A stretch of DNA of 64,000 nt, taken from the NCBI GenBank assembly GCA_043228905.1, contig JBHGNT010000017.1:4216001-4280000 (forward strand), written 5' to 3'. The DNA comes from Azolla caroliniana. Its lineage: Eukaryota > Plantae > Polypodiophyta. Under the pieces are notes generated by a model, which was given only the letters and a program-made list of their open reading frames with translations, was not told where the DNA came from and ran no database searches. The position numbers and the translations under genes were made by a program. The stretch's first letter is position 1. Each line of letters opens with the position of its first letter. Positions 52,401-64,000 of this stretch are shown in pieces.

Positions 52401-55400
52401 ATCAAAGTCCCTAGTCATCTCTAGGGATGTTCATCCGTGGAGTTTAAGCTGGAAGACTCTAGGATTTTACTTAGAGTTCATGGTCGAATCCCAGCTGCTC
52501 TTGAATCTCCTATTCTAGACGGAGATGTATCACCTTCGAGCCCCCCATCTCCACCCACTCCCACTCTAACTCCACCACCAACTGAAACCTCTCCTTCAAC
52601 TCCAATTGTTTCCCCTCCCTCTACACACCATCTTTCACCACTTCCAAAGTGGCTTCAAGCCACCATTTGTGATTCCCATCTCTCCGATGCCGAACTTCAG
52701 TATACATCTAGTTCTCCTACCAACACGAAAAAGACACGTTGGTCACAACGGCCTCTTCACTCATGCAACTTTGCCTTACTATGCAATGTTGTGCATTCAG
52801 AAGAATCCACTATAGCAAAAGAGGCTCTTGTTCTTCTGAAGTGGAAAGCGGCAATGGAAGTTGAACCTAATTCCATTGAGCAGAGTCACACATGGGGGCT
52901 AGTCCCTCAGCCTCAACATAGGCATGTCATTGGTTTAAAATGGATTTTCAAGATTCAGTACCATCAGCATGGTACTTTGGATAAACTTAAGGCACACTTA
53001 ATTGTAAAAGGCTTCAACAACACGTGTATTCGATGGGAGTGGAATATGGGAAAACCTTTGCTCCAACAACACCTCTATTCAATGTGTGCTTGCACTTGTT
53101 GCTCACAACAAATGGCCCATCTTCCAATCAGTTTTCCTTAATGGTGACTTGAAAGAGGAAGTTTATGTAGAACAACCTCGTGTTCGAGATTTGAAAGTGG
53201 AAAAAACGTGGTCTACAGGTTACACAAAGCCTTGTATGGCTTAAAGCAAGCTCCCAAAGCTTGGCATGACAAAATCGATGCATTCTTTCTCTGTTTTGTT
53301 TTAGCGTTGTTATGCTGACAACAATCTTTGTCTTTTCCCAAGTTAATTGGTTATGCTTGATGATATTATATGTTGATGACCTTCTTATTGCAGGGTTCCT
53401 TGCTTCTAAAATCGAGGAGGTCCGTAGTGACCTCAAAACCACATTTGAAATGATCGATCTAGGACTTCTACATTACTTCTTAGGTATGGAGGTCCATGAA
53501 TCACATGGTGGTATCTTCCTTGAGATCTATGGCATGTCAAATTGTAAACACACTCTCATGTCCCATGGATCCAAACTCAAAGCTATCTCATGAAGATGAT
53601 TGTCCCATATTTGAAGATATCACAAAATATAGGAGGTTAATTGGGTCTCTTCTTCACTTAACTTACACCATGTTTTATTTTTCCTGTAGTGTGAGCATTC
53701 TCAGCCAATTCGCAAGTACTCCAAGACAAGTCATTAGCTAGGAGCTATTCGAGTTCTTGGGTATTTGGCTAACACACTCAAATATGGTTTCTTTTAGAGG
53801 TGGCATTGAGCTTGTTTGCTACTTGGACGTTGATTGGGCAGGTGACATTGATTCTCGACTATCCACATCTAGCTATTGTTTTGTGTTAGCTCAGGCTTAA
53901 TTTCTTTGAAATCAAAAAAGCAAAAGTCAGTTTCTACTTCATCGACCGAAGCTAAATGTCGTCCTTATTAGGATACTTGTTGTGAGTTTCCTTGGTTAAT
54001 GCAACTGTTGTGTCACATTGGTGTTTTCCAAGACTCTCCTATTGAAGTTTTCACTGACAGCCCAAGTGCTTGTGCATTGGCACATAGCTCAGAATTTCAT
54101 AGTAGAATGAAACATATTGAAGTGCACTACTATTTTGTTCGTAAATTAGTGAAATTACAAGTCATCAACTTGGTCTATTCTCCTACTCAAGCAAATGTGG
54201 TTGATTTGTTTAGTAAGCCACTTCCAAGGCAAGCTATTGATCATTGGTCGACTCAATGTTGAACTGGTACTAGAGCTGAGAAAGAAAGAAAGAAAGGAAG
54301 GAAGAAAGAAATATTAAAGTATTTTAAGAGGCCAAAATGGCCTATAAGACCAATCAAGAGATTACATCTTTGAGAACAACAAATCAAAATAGAATAAGTA
54401 TTAATTAGTAAATATAAAAGTAAATAAGATAAAAGGGTGTTGGAGGGTGGCAGCTCTAGACTTGTAGTCTCTATCATCTTTATTATCTCTCCTCTACATT
54501 CTTCCACTTTTTAGATTCTTCTCTTTCTAGAATCTGTAACTCTTTAAATGCTTTCTCTCACTCTTATTCCTCATTTATTGTAACTGTTTGGTAGTACAAG
54601 TCACTTAACTACCAAACAACCATTTCACCCATGTTCCCCAATTTCTTATAAATAGGCTATACCAACCTCTTTTGCAAGAACTTTATTTTTGCTGCTACTT
54701 ACAAACCGGCTCTGCGCTTTGGCTGTGTCTACTTCTTGCAACTATTTTACTATTGTTGTCTAATAGCCTTCTCATAACTTGGCTTTGTCTATTTTTTCTT
54801 ACAACCGTTACCTTGTTGCTATTAATAGATTTTCTCACAATTGTGTCATCAAGGAGTGAAATCTAAGGAACACTATGTTTGTCACCGTAGTGTTTTATGA
54901 AATACGAGGGAGATACCATTGCCTCTATAAGCAAGGCTTTGGCCCAGTATACAAGGTAATGGAATGTGATGACCAATGGTGCTTGGGGCTTTTCTTGCTA
55001 GAACTCATGAGACACATTGAAAAGCTGTTGCAGGACAACAATACAGCTAGCCAAGCACATCAACAAAGAATAATCACCATCACTCCTACTCATGCTACAA
55101 GTCAATGAAGGGCTGCACAAATGGGCTCCCGACCAAGACATAGAAAAAGGGTTACAATAGATTGTGCAATAGTAATTTGCCGTGCACGTAAGCCCCGGCC
55201 TCATGGACCACAATCTTACCTCCTTTGTTTTCAACAAATGAACGCCTTCATTTCCCACCCATTTCAAGTGCTTCCCTGGCTTTGAAGCCCTTTCCATTCT
55301 GTATTAACCTATTCTAGGGATCTTTTGAAGACAAAATTACAATATATCTGACTTGAGAAACTCACATGTATTGATGCAAGATTGTTTGTTGTTTTCAATG

Positions 55401-58400
55401 AAGAGACAACAATCAAGATGTATCTCTTGTTTGGTCTTATAGGCCATTTTGGCATGTTAAAATATGTTAATACATCTTTCTCTCTCTATGCAAGGTAATG
55501 GAATATGAGGACCAACGGTGCCTAGGACTTTTCTTGGTAGAACTCAAGAGACATAGGGAAAAGTTATTGAAGGACAATAATACAACCACACACAAGCTCA
55601 TCCACAAAGGACAATCACAACTTTCTTTAGCCCCATCACTCCTACTAATACTACGAGTCAATCAAGGGATACACAAATAGGCTCCCGACCAGGACAAAAC
55701 AAAGGGGTTACAATAGATCGGGCAATAGCAATTTGTCATGCACGTAGGCCCCAGCCCCATTGACCACGACCGCACCACCCTTGTCATCAATAGATAAAGG
55801 CATTATCGCAAGTGCTTCCCTCGCTTCGGAGACCTCTCCATTCTGGATCAACCTATCCTAGAGATCTTTCAAAGACAAAAGTTACAATATGTCTAACTTG
55901 AGAATCTCACATGTGCCGAAAGCCAAATTCCCTCGTTTGTTTTTATCTTATTTAGTTTTATATTTAATGAGTAATACTTATTCTATTTTGATTTGTTCTC
56001 AAAGGCGAGACAACACTTAAGATGTAATCTCTTGTTTGGTCTTATAGGCCATTTTGGCCTCTTAAAAGACATTAATATATCTTTCTTTCTTTCTTTCTAC
56101 AGCTCAGCCATTTTCTTTCATGTCTCCTGCTATAAGTCCACCATTACACATAGGTGGTACCAAAACAAACCTCTTGGTCACCGCTAATTGCAAAAATGTC
56201 GTAGTAGCTCTTACTAGAGCTTTGGTGTGAAAAGTTCTTTATAAATGGAGAGGTCTTGGACCTTTTCCCATTAGAAAAATATTTTTGGACACTGAAACCA
56301 ATCCATATGTGCAGTGATATAAACATTGAGTGTATATCTATCTATCTATATACAGCGAAAATATGTTCTATAGTTTATATTATGTCAATGAATATTATCA
56401 GACAGATTCAATGTAAAAAGGATCTAGGACTCAGGTTTTTAGAAAGGATTCATCGTCTGTACTTCCTTTCTCAAGAGTGTTCAAGTTTCTCGTATATTAT
56501 TATTCAATCAAATTTATAATTTTTATGCTGAAGACAAGATGGGTCTGTGTTACCTTAGAGAAGTGATTTGCATTTGTAGAAGGGGTAATAGGAGCTCTTG
56601 GGTGGTAGATTAACACTATGCCTGTTTATATGTCATCAGATTTAATATACTCACATTTTTCTTCTTTGTCAGTCTGCTAGATGATGGAATTTCATTTTTT
56701 TTTCAGGGGTCTCGTGCTTCTAAACTGTGCAGGTGCAATGAACAGGAAGGGTCTAATGGAAGAGAATGTTTTAATACGTTTATTATCACCAATATTTATT
56801 GCAATTGAATATCTTCTACAAAAGCCACCTGTTGCAACCTTTCTCTTTAATGGGTATTTGCACACATACTTCAACAACTTATTTAATTGCATGTGTAATA
56901 AGAATGTATGCATCTGTCTGACCCAGAAAAAGATTTGTAAGTGCATATGTTCACGAAAATTAGATTTCTCTGTATTAACTCTTAAATTGGTTACATAGAA
57001 GATACATATGATAAGGCAAGCGCTTTTGATGTTTTTCTCCAATGAATGGGATGGAAAATGTAAAACTATAAACAGATCTAAGAATGTACCATTGTATAAA
57101 AACATTCATGCCCGTCCTTCGCTTAAAATATATCATAAAACTCAGGCATGGTAGTTTCTTGCTAAATGTTGTAATTCATTGATATTCACATTGGGGGGAC
57201 ACTATCATTATTTCGAACATTTATGAGTATTTGTATCCTAAACCCATTATATGAGACATTTAGTGTGTATATCCTAAACATTTAGCACATATATTCTGAA
57301 CCATCTTTGGTCGGAGCAATTAAACAGATTCAATCTTTCAATGAGGAAGAAATACAACTTATTTGGGCATTCGAGAGTGTACATATTCATTTAATTCTGG
57401 AGTTTACCAATGTCAAAGAGTCTTGCAGCAAAGGCTTGAGCAATTGTGTTTGATACAGATTCCGGAAAAAAGAGAACATAAGGCAAATTCTGAAACAGCA
57501 AGCTTACAGAAACAAGGCATCTGTTACAGATCAATTGGTATACTTCTCAATTTCATGGATTAAATTCATGTTTTGATTTTTTGACTGTTTCTATTCATTT
57601 CAATGATCATTTTATTCATTATCTGACCTTTGTAGGTTGACATCTTGTATGAGCCTTCCACAAAACCAGGAGCTACAGAGGTTTTTGTTAAAGTATTTAC
57701 TGGAGACCCAGGTAACTTTGACTTTCCCCTCTTTTATAGATAAGATCAGTCAAGGGAGTATCATTTTTCTAACAGTGTCTATACAATTATGCATATGTTC
57801 ATGTATGGATGCATATACATATGTTAAGGTTCATTTAGTTCTGGGGGGCTGTAAGAAAAAGATAGGAGCCTAGAAGAGGGCTTTGGATTTCAATTTGAGT
57901 GAAATGTTGTGGCACCGTGGTGAATGAGTGTTCTGGGGGGCTGTGAGAAAATTAGTGTAGCTTCTAAGTAGAGGGCTTAAGCTTATTGTACAAAAACAAG
58001 TGTCTTTCAACTGAAAGCAGATGCTTTGCCCCTCTGAAGTTGACACCTTGCTGGATACGTGCTAATCACAAAGCTATATCCATATTTCTTAAGTTTTGTG
58101 GGATACATGGGAGCTTATATTTCTTAACCTTGCATCATATCAACATTATGGTCTCCGAATGCCAACTCTTGTGATTTACTTACGGAAATTTTAAGCAACC
58201 TGACTTTCATCTAGATGTTAAATGACATTTATTGAAATGCTGTACTAAAATTGATCGTTATATCAGTTTCTTCTAGAGTGTGTTTCAACATTGAATGCAT
58301 TGTTTCTCAGGCCCCAGACCAGAAGCCTTGATGGAAAACATTACTTCACCACTATTAGTGCTCTGGGGGGACTCTGACATATGGACTCCATCAGATGGAC

Positions 58401-58627
58401 CTGTAAGTTTGATCTCATTTTAATTACTATCAGTAGGCAATCAAAGTTCTCAATTCTCCTATTAAATTTGCACTTTGCAGGTTGCAAACTTTTTTAAACA
58501 ACTCTCAGTTGAAAGGGATAATGTGGCTGTATTCTCACTTCCAGATGTTGGTCATTGCCCGCATGATGACAGACCAGAACTTGCCGCTACCTATATATTA
58601 CCGTTTCTTTCTGAAATATTTTCATAG
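43415..58627 (+). CDS. Alpha/beta hydrolase, chlorophyll dephytylase (CLD1)/pheophytinase-like
   Basis: In-phase exons 43415-43433, 43820-44029, 44331-44463, 44596-44628, 45632-45835, 46615-46679, 46852-46998, 47307-47412, 56707-56853, 57459-57537, 57636-57711, 58311-58402 and 58481-58627. Motifs LVHGFG, IDLLGFGASDKP, GNSIG (nucleophile), LVLLNCAG, LWGDSD and GHCPHDDRP. The N-terminal exons are less certain. Confidence 0.88.
44105..44288. mobile_element. Foldback MITE-like element (copy 1)
   Basis: Inverted repeats AAATCCTAAATACCC / GGGTATTAGGAGTTTT and CCTGCCCAACCCCT / AGGGGTTGAGCAGG; related to 47042-47254. Confidence 0.6.
47042..47254. mobile_element. Foldback MITE-like element (copy 2)
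   Basis: Shares AGGGGTTGAGCA.GG.ATTT.GGAAAATAAA...GGGTATT..GGAGTT..TTCCCTTAA with copy 1. Confidence 0.55.
48480..55485 (+). mobile_element. Decayed RTE/RTEX-like LINE interrupted by copia C
   Basis: RT motif PYADD + LISDSPEELQRHLNALKVFC...VNKDKTKVM (48612-48750). SHQLEIEVGRY near 50045 continues after the copia insertion as LCHQGV..EHYVCH...YEIRGRY (54841 onward, CCHC-type C-terminus). 3' tail near 55420-55485. Confidence 0.75.
50115..54839 (+). mobile_element. Ty1/copia element C (old, decayed) within the hydrolase intron
   Basis: 5' LTR 50115-50297 (internally deleted), PBS TGGTATCAGAGC 50298-50309, 3' LTR 54438-54839. Imperfect TSD GTTGT/ATTGT. CYYCGYKGHIQPEC, VDSGA, LYVDDL and MKHIEVHYYF remnants. 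Confidence 0.9.
55491..56097 (+). mobile_element. Second, 5'-truncated copy of the same LINE 3' end
   Basis: CAAGGTAATGGAAT... repeats 54952 onward and ends in (TTTC)n. Confidence 0.78.
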
Positions 58628-60154
58628 CTGAAATATTTCATGTAATCTTTTCATTGTTTAAGTAATGCAATTTAATGTATAAAATGTACAATCTGATGTA
58701 TGATATCTACAATTTAGTGTGGAGAGTTTATATTCTATTTCATGTTCATAAAAAAAATTCAAATAAATGTACAGTTTATGAATAATGGAATTATGGTAAA
58801 AGCAAGAACACATTGAAGATATGTGAGACATGCAGGAACACATGAAAATCAGGACGATGGGTACATAGCCAAAGATTGGAGGATGGGTGGACTGGTTCTT
58901 ATCAACATCATGTTCATCTTAATTATAAGAAGTAGAGTCTAAATCAATGGACATTATTAAATACCATTGATGGATATTAATCACTTCAATGACACAAGAA
59001 AATTGCTGCCAGCTCCAGATGTGGACTAAAGCTTGAGAATTTATTACCCGTTATGCATGGCTGTCATGAATTAACTTAAGTTATAACTTTATTTCTATGT
59101 TATGTTCCGAAATATTCCTATTCTTCATTGTTGGTCGTCTGATCTAACATAAATCCACGTCCACATCAATACAGTTTCTTAATCAGCTGAAGATGACCCT
59201 AGCCTTGTCTTGGCTGCCTTACTAGTCTCAAGTGCACATGCTATCCACTTTGAAATTTATGGCTATTAGAAATCTAGCACATTAGGTTACTCAGTTGCCT
59301 CAGAGGCAACAGATTCACATCCCCCCACAAAAAATAAAGGGGCTCGGTTCTTATATCTTTGCAGACATTTCATAAGTTGATTGAACAAAGATTCAATGAA
59401 CTGCATCACAAGTCTATGATACTGAATGTCCCATCTGCCCATAAATGTACTTATTCATCACAGGAGCGTCACTATTCACAGCTTGGAATGCATAATCCAA
59501 CTACATAAAAATACGCAAATTGTGTGGTTTTAGCTCATTGTTGACATAGCATCAAAAGCATAATCTCATAATACTATACAGAAATTGCTTTATAATTTTC
59601 AGACACACAAACTCCCAAAGGTGGTTCTTCATTCATACAACTGCAGTCAGTTTAATGTATGCATGTAGCTTGATCTTCTGACACCACAAGAACTGCTATT
59701 TTAAATTATGAAATTACAAATTCTCAGAATCTCAAAATAACACGTGGTTGTTTTTAGTGGAAAGACCTGCTTTTGTACAAATTCGGATCAATCCAATCCT
59801 AGTCCATCAGATGGTGCCCTAATTTATTCATCCTCCTTTTTGGTAGCGTTTGGAACATGTAGAAAATTTTGGTATGTCATTTGAACAACGGTTTTCCCTG
59901 TATGTTTGCATCACTTATTAACCCTCAAAATGTCAAAATCAGTGAGACACCCACAGTGATTTCACTGAGCCATAAAATCATTCTGTAGAGATGCAGGGCC
60001 CTAATGCAACTATGATGAACACAAATAGAGTGGTGAAGGGCAAAGGCAAGGTAGTGATTGAATATGCCTAGCTACTAAGGCCGCACTGCTTATGTCTCAT
60101 AACAGGTATAACCTTTCATTCATAGTTTTCAATTATTTGCCTCATAAAATGATA

Positions 60155-63100
60155 TCATTGAGGAACCATTTGTACAAGCCATGAAGTGAATGCCGAGGCT
60201 GCTCCTTGCAGCTGGTAAAAGTGGATGTCTTCAGGCAGTGGTGCATCCAATACGCTGTGATGCAATTTCAGCTCTGTAGCCTCATCATGAAGTGACTTTA
60301 GCTTACTCTCTGATATTAATAACGTAGCCAGCTCATGTGCCATTCTAGAATATGCCACTCTGCAATCAAATAAGAGAAAACTTATAGATTAATGATTACA
60401 AAGCTCGGAACCATTGAAAAAATGGAAGTGTAGATGACCTGTTGTTAGCTGCCCAGCGACTTTCCCATATAGCTTGAGATTCTTTCAAACGTTGAAAGAA
60501 AGATTTGCACGCAGCAGCCTTGTTCTCAAAACTTCCCTGCATGAACTTATGTACCAAATATTTTACAACAGACATCTAATGAAACTAAATTAACATAAAA
60601 GTCAGGAAAAAAACTGACTTATAATAATATATCACACTAAGGCATTGAACTGCTGAAGAGATGCGTGCAGGTTCTCTGTGCACCTTTTTACATGTATTCA
60701 TTCTGTCTTGTACATGAATCTTCTCAAATAGATGTCCATTTTATGCTTCACCAGACAGACAGTCATTAAAGCATGCTTCAAGACTCTCCCACATGACTTT
60801 AAACATATTACTCACTTCTATAACATCACAATTTCGTAACATGATATCAAGTCTAGGCCCCAGGTGCTTCCAAACATAGTGAGTGGAACCTCATAAACTT
60901 TCTATTATGGGACTTCTTCTGTCTCCATGGAAACCCCATTAAATAAAGAAAATATCACTACATGGCTAGACTCTTGGCTGTGAATATTGATGGGATAGCA
61001 CATTTATTGATGACTGTCTAGACCTATTTCCCATAAAGTACAAGCTGCTATCTCAGGGTTCTCTACAATCTTTCCACGTTTACCAGCTATTTAAAATTTA
61101 CCATGTCTGATGGTTGATTTCCCATTTGTAAAGGATGCATCGCATATGATTTAGGTAGTAATGTGTTAGGTGCTTAATTCTATACCTTCTCCCAAACAAC
61201 CTTCATGTAAATAAATGTTATTCAGATTTCTTTCCATTTCATGTAAATAAATGTTCTTTAGATGTTCAATATTCTGGAAGAACCTAACCAGAAAATTTCC
61301 TCACCACCTCACAATATGTGATATGTGGTAATAAAATAATCATCCTCACTCTACAGTTTACCATGCTTATCCTCAAAGAAACAGCATAAATATGCAATAT
61401 TTCAATTGAAATGTGAAGCAAAATAACTTACCAGCTCATTTGTAGAATCATCATTTTGAAATGAGCTCTTGAGCACAAAAAAGTCGCAATAAATGGCTCC
61501 ACTCACAGCCCAATCATCAAGCTCTATTTTATTACGTTCCAACGGATTCACAATTTCTAATAGTTCTTCATACTGACCTGATAAATCAAAACTATTACCA
61601 ATCATAAAGTATGAGAAATATTGAAGAAAATAAAAAAATTGATTCAAGCAAGAAACAAACCCAAAATGAAAAGAGAGGCTGCCACTGAGGTCATGAATAA
61701 AGAGTGAGCCCAATGCCATTTATTACTTTTCAGCAGATGCTTAATAGCCTTGTGTGAATCACCCTTATATTGCCAGTATGTTCCCTATGTAAACAAAAGA
61801 ATTTTAAAGGCACTCTGCGAATAATCCCAGTGAGATAGATGAAAAACAGATGCAAGTAAGAGAAGTGTACCAAAGCTTCGTGCAACCATTCTGACGGTAT
61901 GCGTAGTTCTTTCTCAAGAAATGTTTGTTGAGGCTCAATTGCACTCCACACTTCACAATACTGGTGCAATATCTCCTTAATAACCTTTTCATGTAAACCT
62001 GGATAATCCAGATTAGGTGGCATGTGCAGAGCAACATATACCGCCCAATGGCATTCACCAACAGAAAGCAATTGGGACACAAAATTCATGTCCAATACAT
62101 GCAGCTGTACAGGTGTGAATACCTCAATAGCTTCAAGTATACCATGCTGAAGCCATGCCATTCTATGATCCAAAGGATCATAAGTTGATGCAGAGGAGGA
62201 AAACATCTTGCTAATTGATGATGTCATCTTGTCTCCGTCAAGGTTTTGCTCTTGATTTGCATGTAAAAGCATTAAATAGTATACTGTATCGTAAAGGCCT
62301 GCTTTGTGTGCAATCGAGATCCCATGTGATGGGCCTTCCTCCACATACATGGGAAGGGGTTGTGGTGCAGAATTATCTTCAACAAGCAAGCTGTAGGTTC
62401 TGATTGTTTCAGTTAGTTGGGTATCGGGACCAAGATTATACCACATAAGCAAACCCAGGAACCGTTTCCAGTCAATGGAACGTTCTTCCAATGCTCCTTG
62501 AATGTCTCCGGAAAGAAGTTTATATAGCAGTACCATGTCCCCCTCTATGAGATCAAAATCAAATCCCTCGTCTTCCCAGATTTCCAACTGGGACGCAATG
62601 TCACTTCTGGTAATTACCGAGCCTCCAGCTTGGCTTACCAAACACGCTAAGCGAACATCCCCTCGTGCTACTGCCAATTGGACACCTTCATCAAGCTGCC
62701 TGCCAGTCAGAAGAGAAAAGAGTTCTTTCAACTGATCCTTTGCATCAATATCCATCAGCTCTTCCTCTATGAGGTGTCTAACACTGTCTTGGAGCCAACG
62801 ACTAAATTCAGCTCTTCTAACCAAGGCAGCAACTTCTTGATCCACATCATCACTATCCTCACTTTCTTCCTCTTGTTCTTTTACAGAAACTTTCTCTGAA
62901 AAAAGCACGTTCAATAAATTCCAAGTCATAACTTGATGCCTTAGGACAAGGCGTTGTGAAGGAGATACACCTTCAGAAGCATGCTGTTTGACAAGAAGTT
63001 CTTCATATTTGTTACATATATTGGGAAGTTCTGTACGATCACAATGAACATACCGCAACTTAATTTGCAATGGTTGCTCGTTCATACCATCAATAATTTT

Positions 63101-64000
63101 GCTCATTGACATATGAAATTTGAGAGGGGAAACAAATTGCAACTCAATCAAATCTTCCCTTGCCTTGCCTTCTTCATCCCTTACACATCCATCGAATGCA
63201 ACTTGCTCTACTGAGATAATTGAAGAAATGGTATTACCCTGTAGTCCGACTGGATTGCCTGAATGAGCCAACAAGCCATGGGGACCCCATCCTACTCGAA
63301 ATGAGCATCCGAGAAATAATGCCGCATCAACGATATTATCTGAACGTCCAAACATACAAGATGTTTGATCAATTTCGTTTTTAAACCCGGACCTTGATCT
63401 CTTTAACGCAGACTGCTCAGATTTACCCTCAAGTGACAGCAGCATTCTTGATGGTTTAATCGGAGATAAGTCATGTTCAAGTTCAGAATCTATACGCCTG
63501 CCTAAAGGACTCCATGATTGATTTGGTGTACGTTTCCAAGATGGTTGTGGACTAACCTTCATGATATGCTTTGAGAATGTCACTGCCTGTGGGGATTCTT
63601 CAATAGGGGAGAAGCGGTCTTTTTTCTGTCCAGGGCTGCCTTGCACTACAACACTCTGTTTTACAGTCTGAGATGTTGATCTCCGTGCTGATTGAAAAGG
63701 AGTCTTTCCTGGGAATGAAGCGCTGTCATTTTCCTCACCTGTGGAGAAAAAAAGCATCTTCATCTGTTGCATTTTCAAAGGATCAAGTCTTAGATGTTGA
63801 GGAAGGGAATGTGCCAATGCACTGTGAGGTGTATTGTAATGAACGTCCTGCATGGGTGAGCCTTCTTCCTCAATGTCCTCGGAGACAACGTCAGATCTCT
63901 CCAAATGCCACATGGGACTCTCAGAAATCTTCACTATATCAGTAGGGCTCAAATCCCGCAACATGACATCATCCTCCATACTAGAAAAAGCTTTGTGATC
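60155..64000 (-). CDS. NUP96: Nucleoporin Nup96 (MOS3/SAR3-like), 5'-partial
   Basis: Large exon >64000-61871 (AHSLPQHLRLDP, DAALFLGCSFRVGWGP, RRAEFSRWLQ, GDVRLACL, DWKRFLGLLMWY, CHWAVYVALH, IPSEWLHEAL). Further exons at about 61784-61662, 61578-61432, 60536-60439 and 60359-60155 (stop). Confidence 0.93.

Noticed and set aside
61730-63979. Stand-alone 749-aa single-exon protein
   Set aside because: It is one large internal exon of Nup96; the frame is open past the window edge and splices at 61871.

Overview
Eukaryotic land-plant genomic DNA, not prokaryotic. It has GT-AG introns, Ty1/copia and Tcn1-like chromoviral Ty3/gypsy elements, and an RTEX-like LINE; a fern or other seed-free plant is my inference. 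1-1905: the 3' part (5 exons, 522 aa, no stops) of a spliced gene for a bacterial-type beta-class amino (N6-adenine/N4-cytosine) DNA methyltransferase. The block carrying it ends at about 2953, just after a hairpin and abruptly inside the 5' LTR of a copia element, which suggests the methyltransferase is cargo of a mobile element. 2954-17000: a nest of LTR retrotransposons, with copia A inserted in the gag of copia B and a young chromovirus inserted in the integrase of copia A. The chromovirus shows a self-priming PBS, a -1 frameshift signal and tRNA-like A/B boxes in its LTRs. 19.4-64 kb: four ordinary host genes, namely dymeclin (-), a BI1/LIFEGUARD-like gene (-), a CLD1/pheophytinase-like alpha/beta hydrolase (+, with a 9.3-kb TE-filled intron) and the 3' part of Nup96 (-). 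Tandem repeats, MITEs, a solo LTR and LINE tails lie between and within them. All family assignments are from motif recognition by eye; no searches were run.
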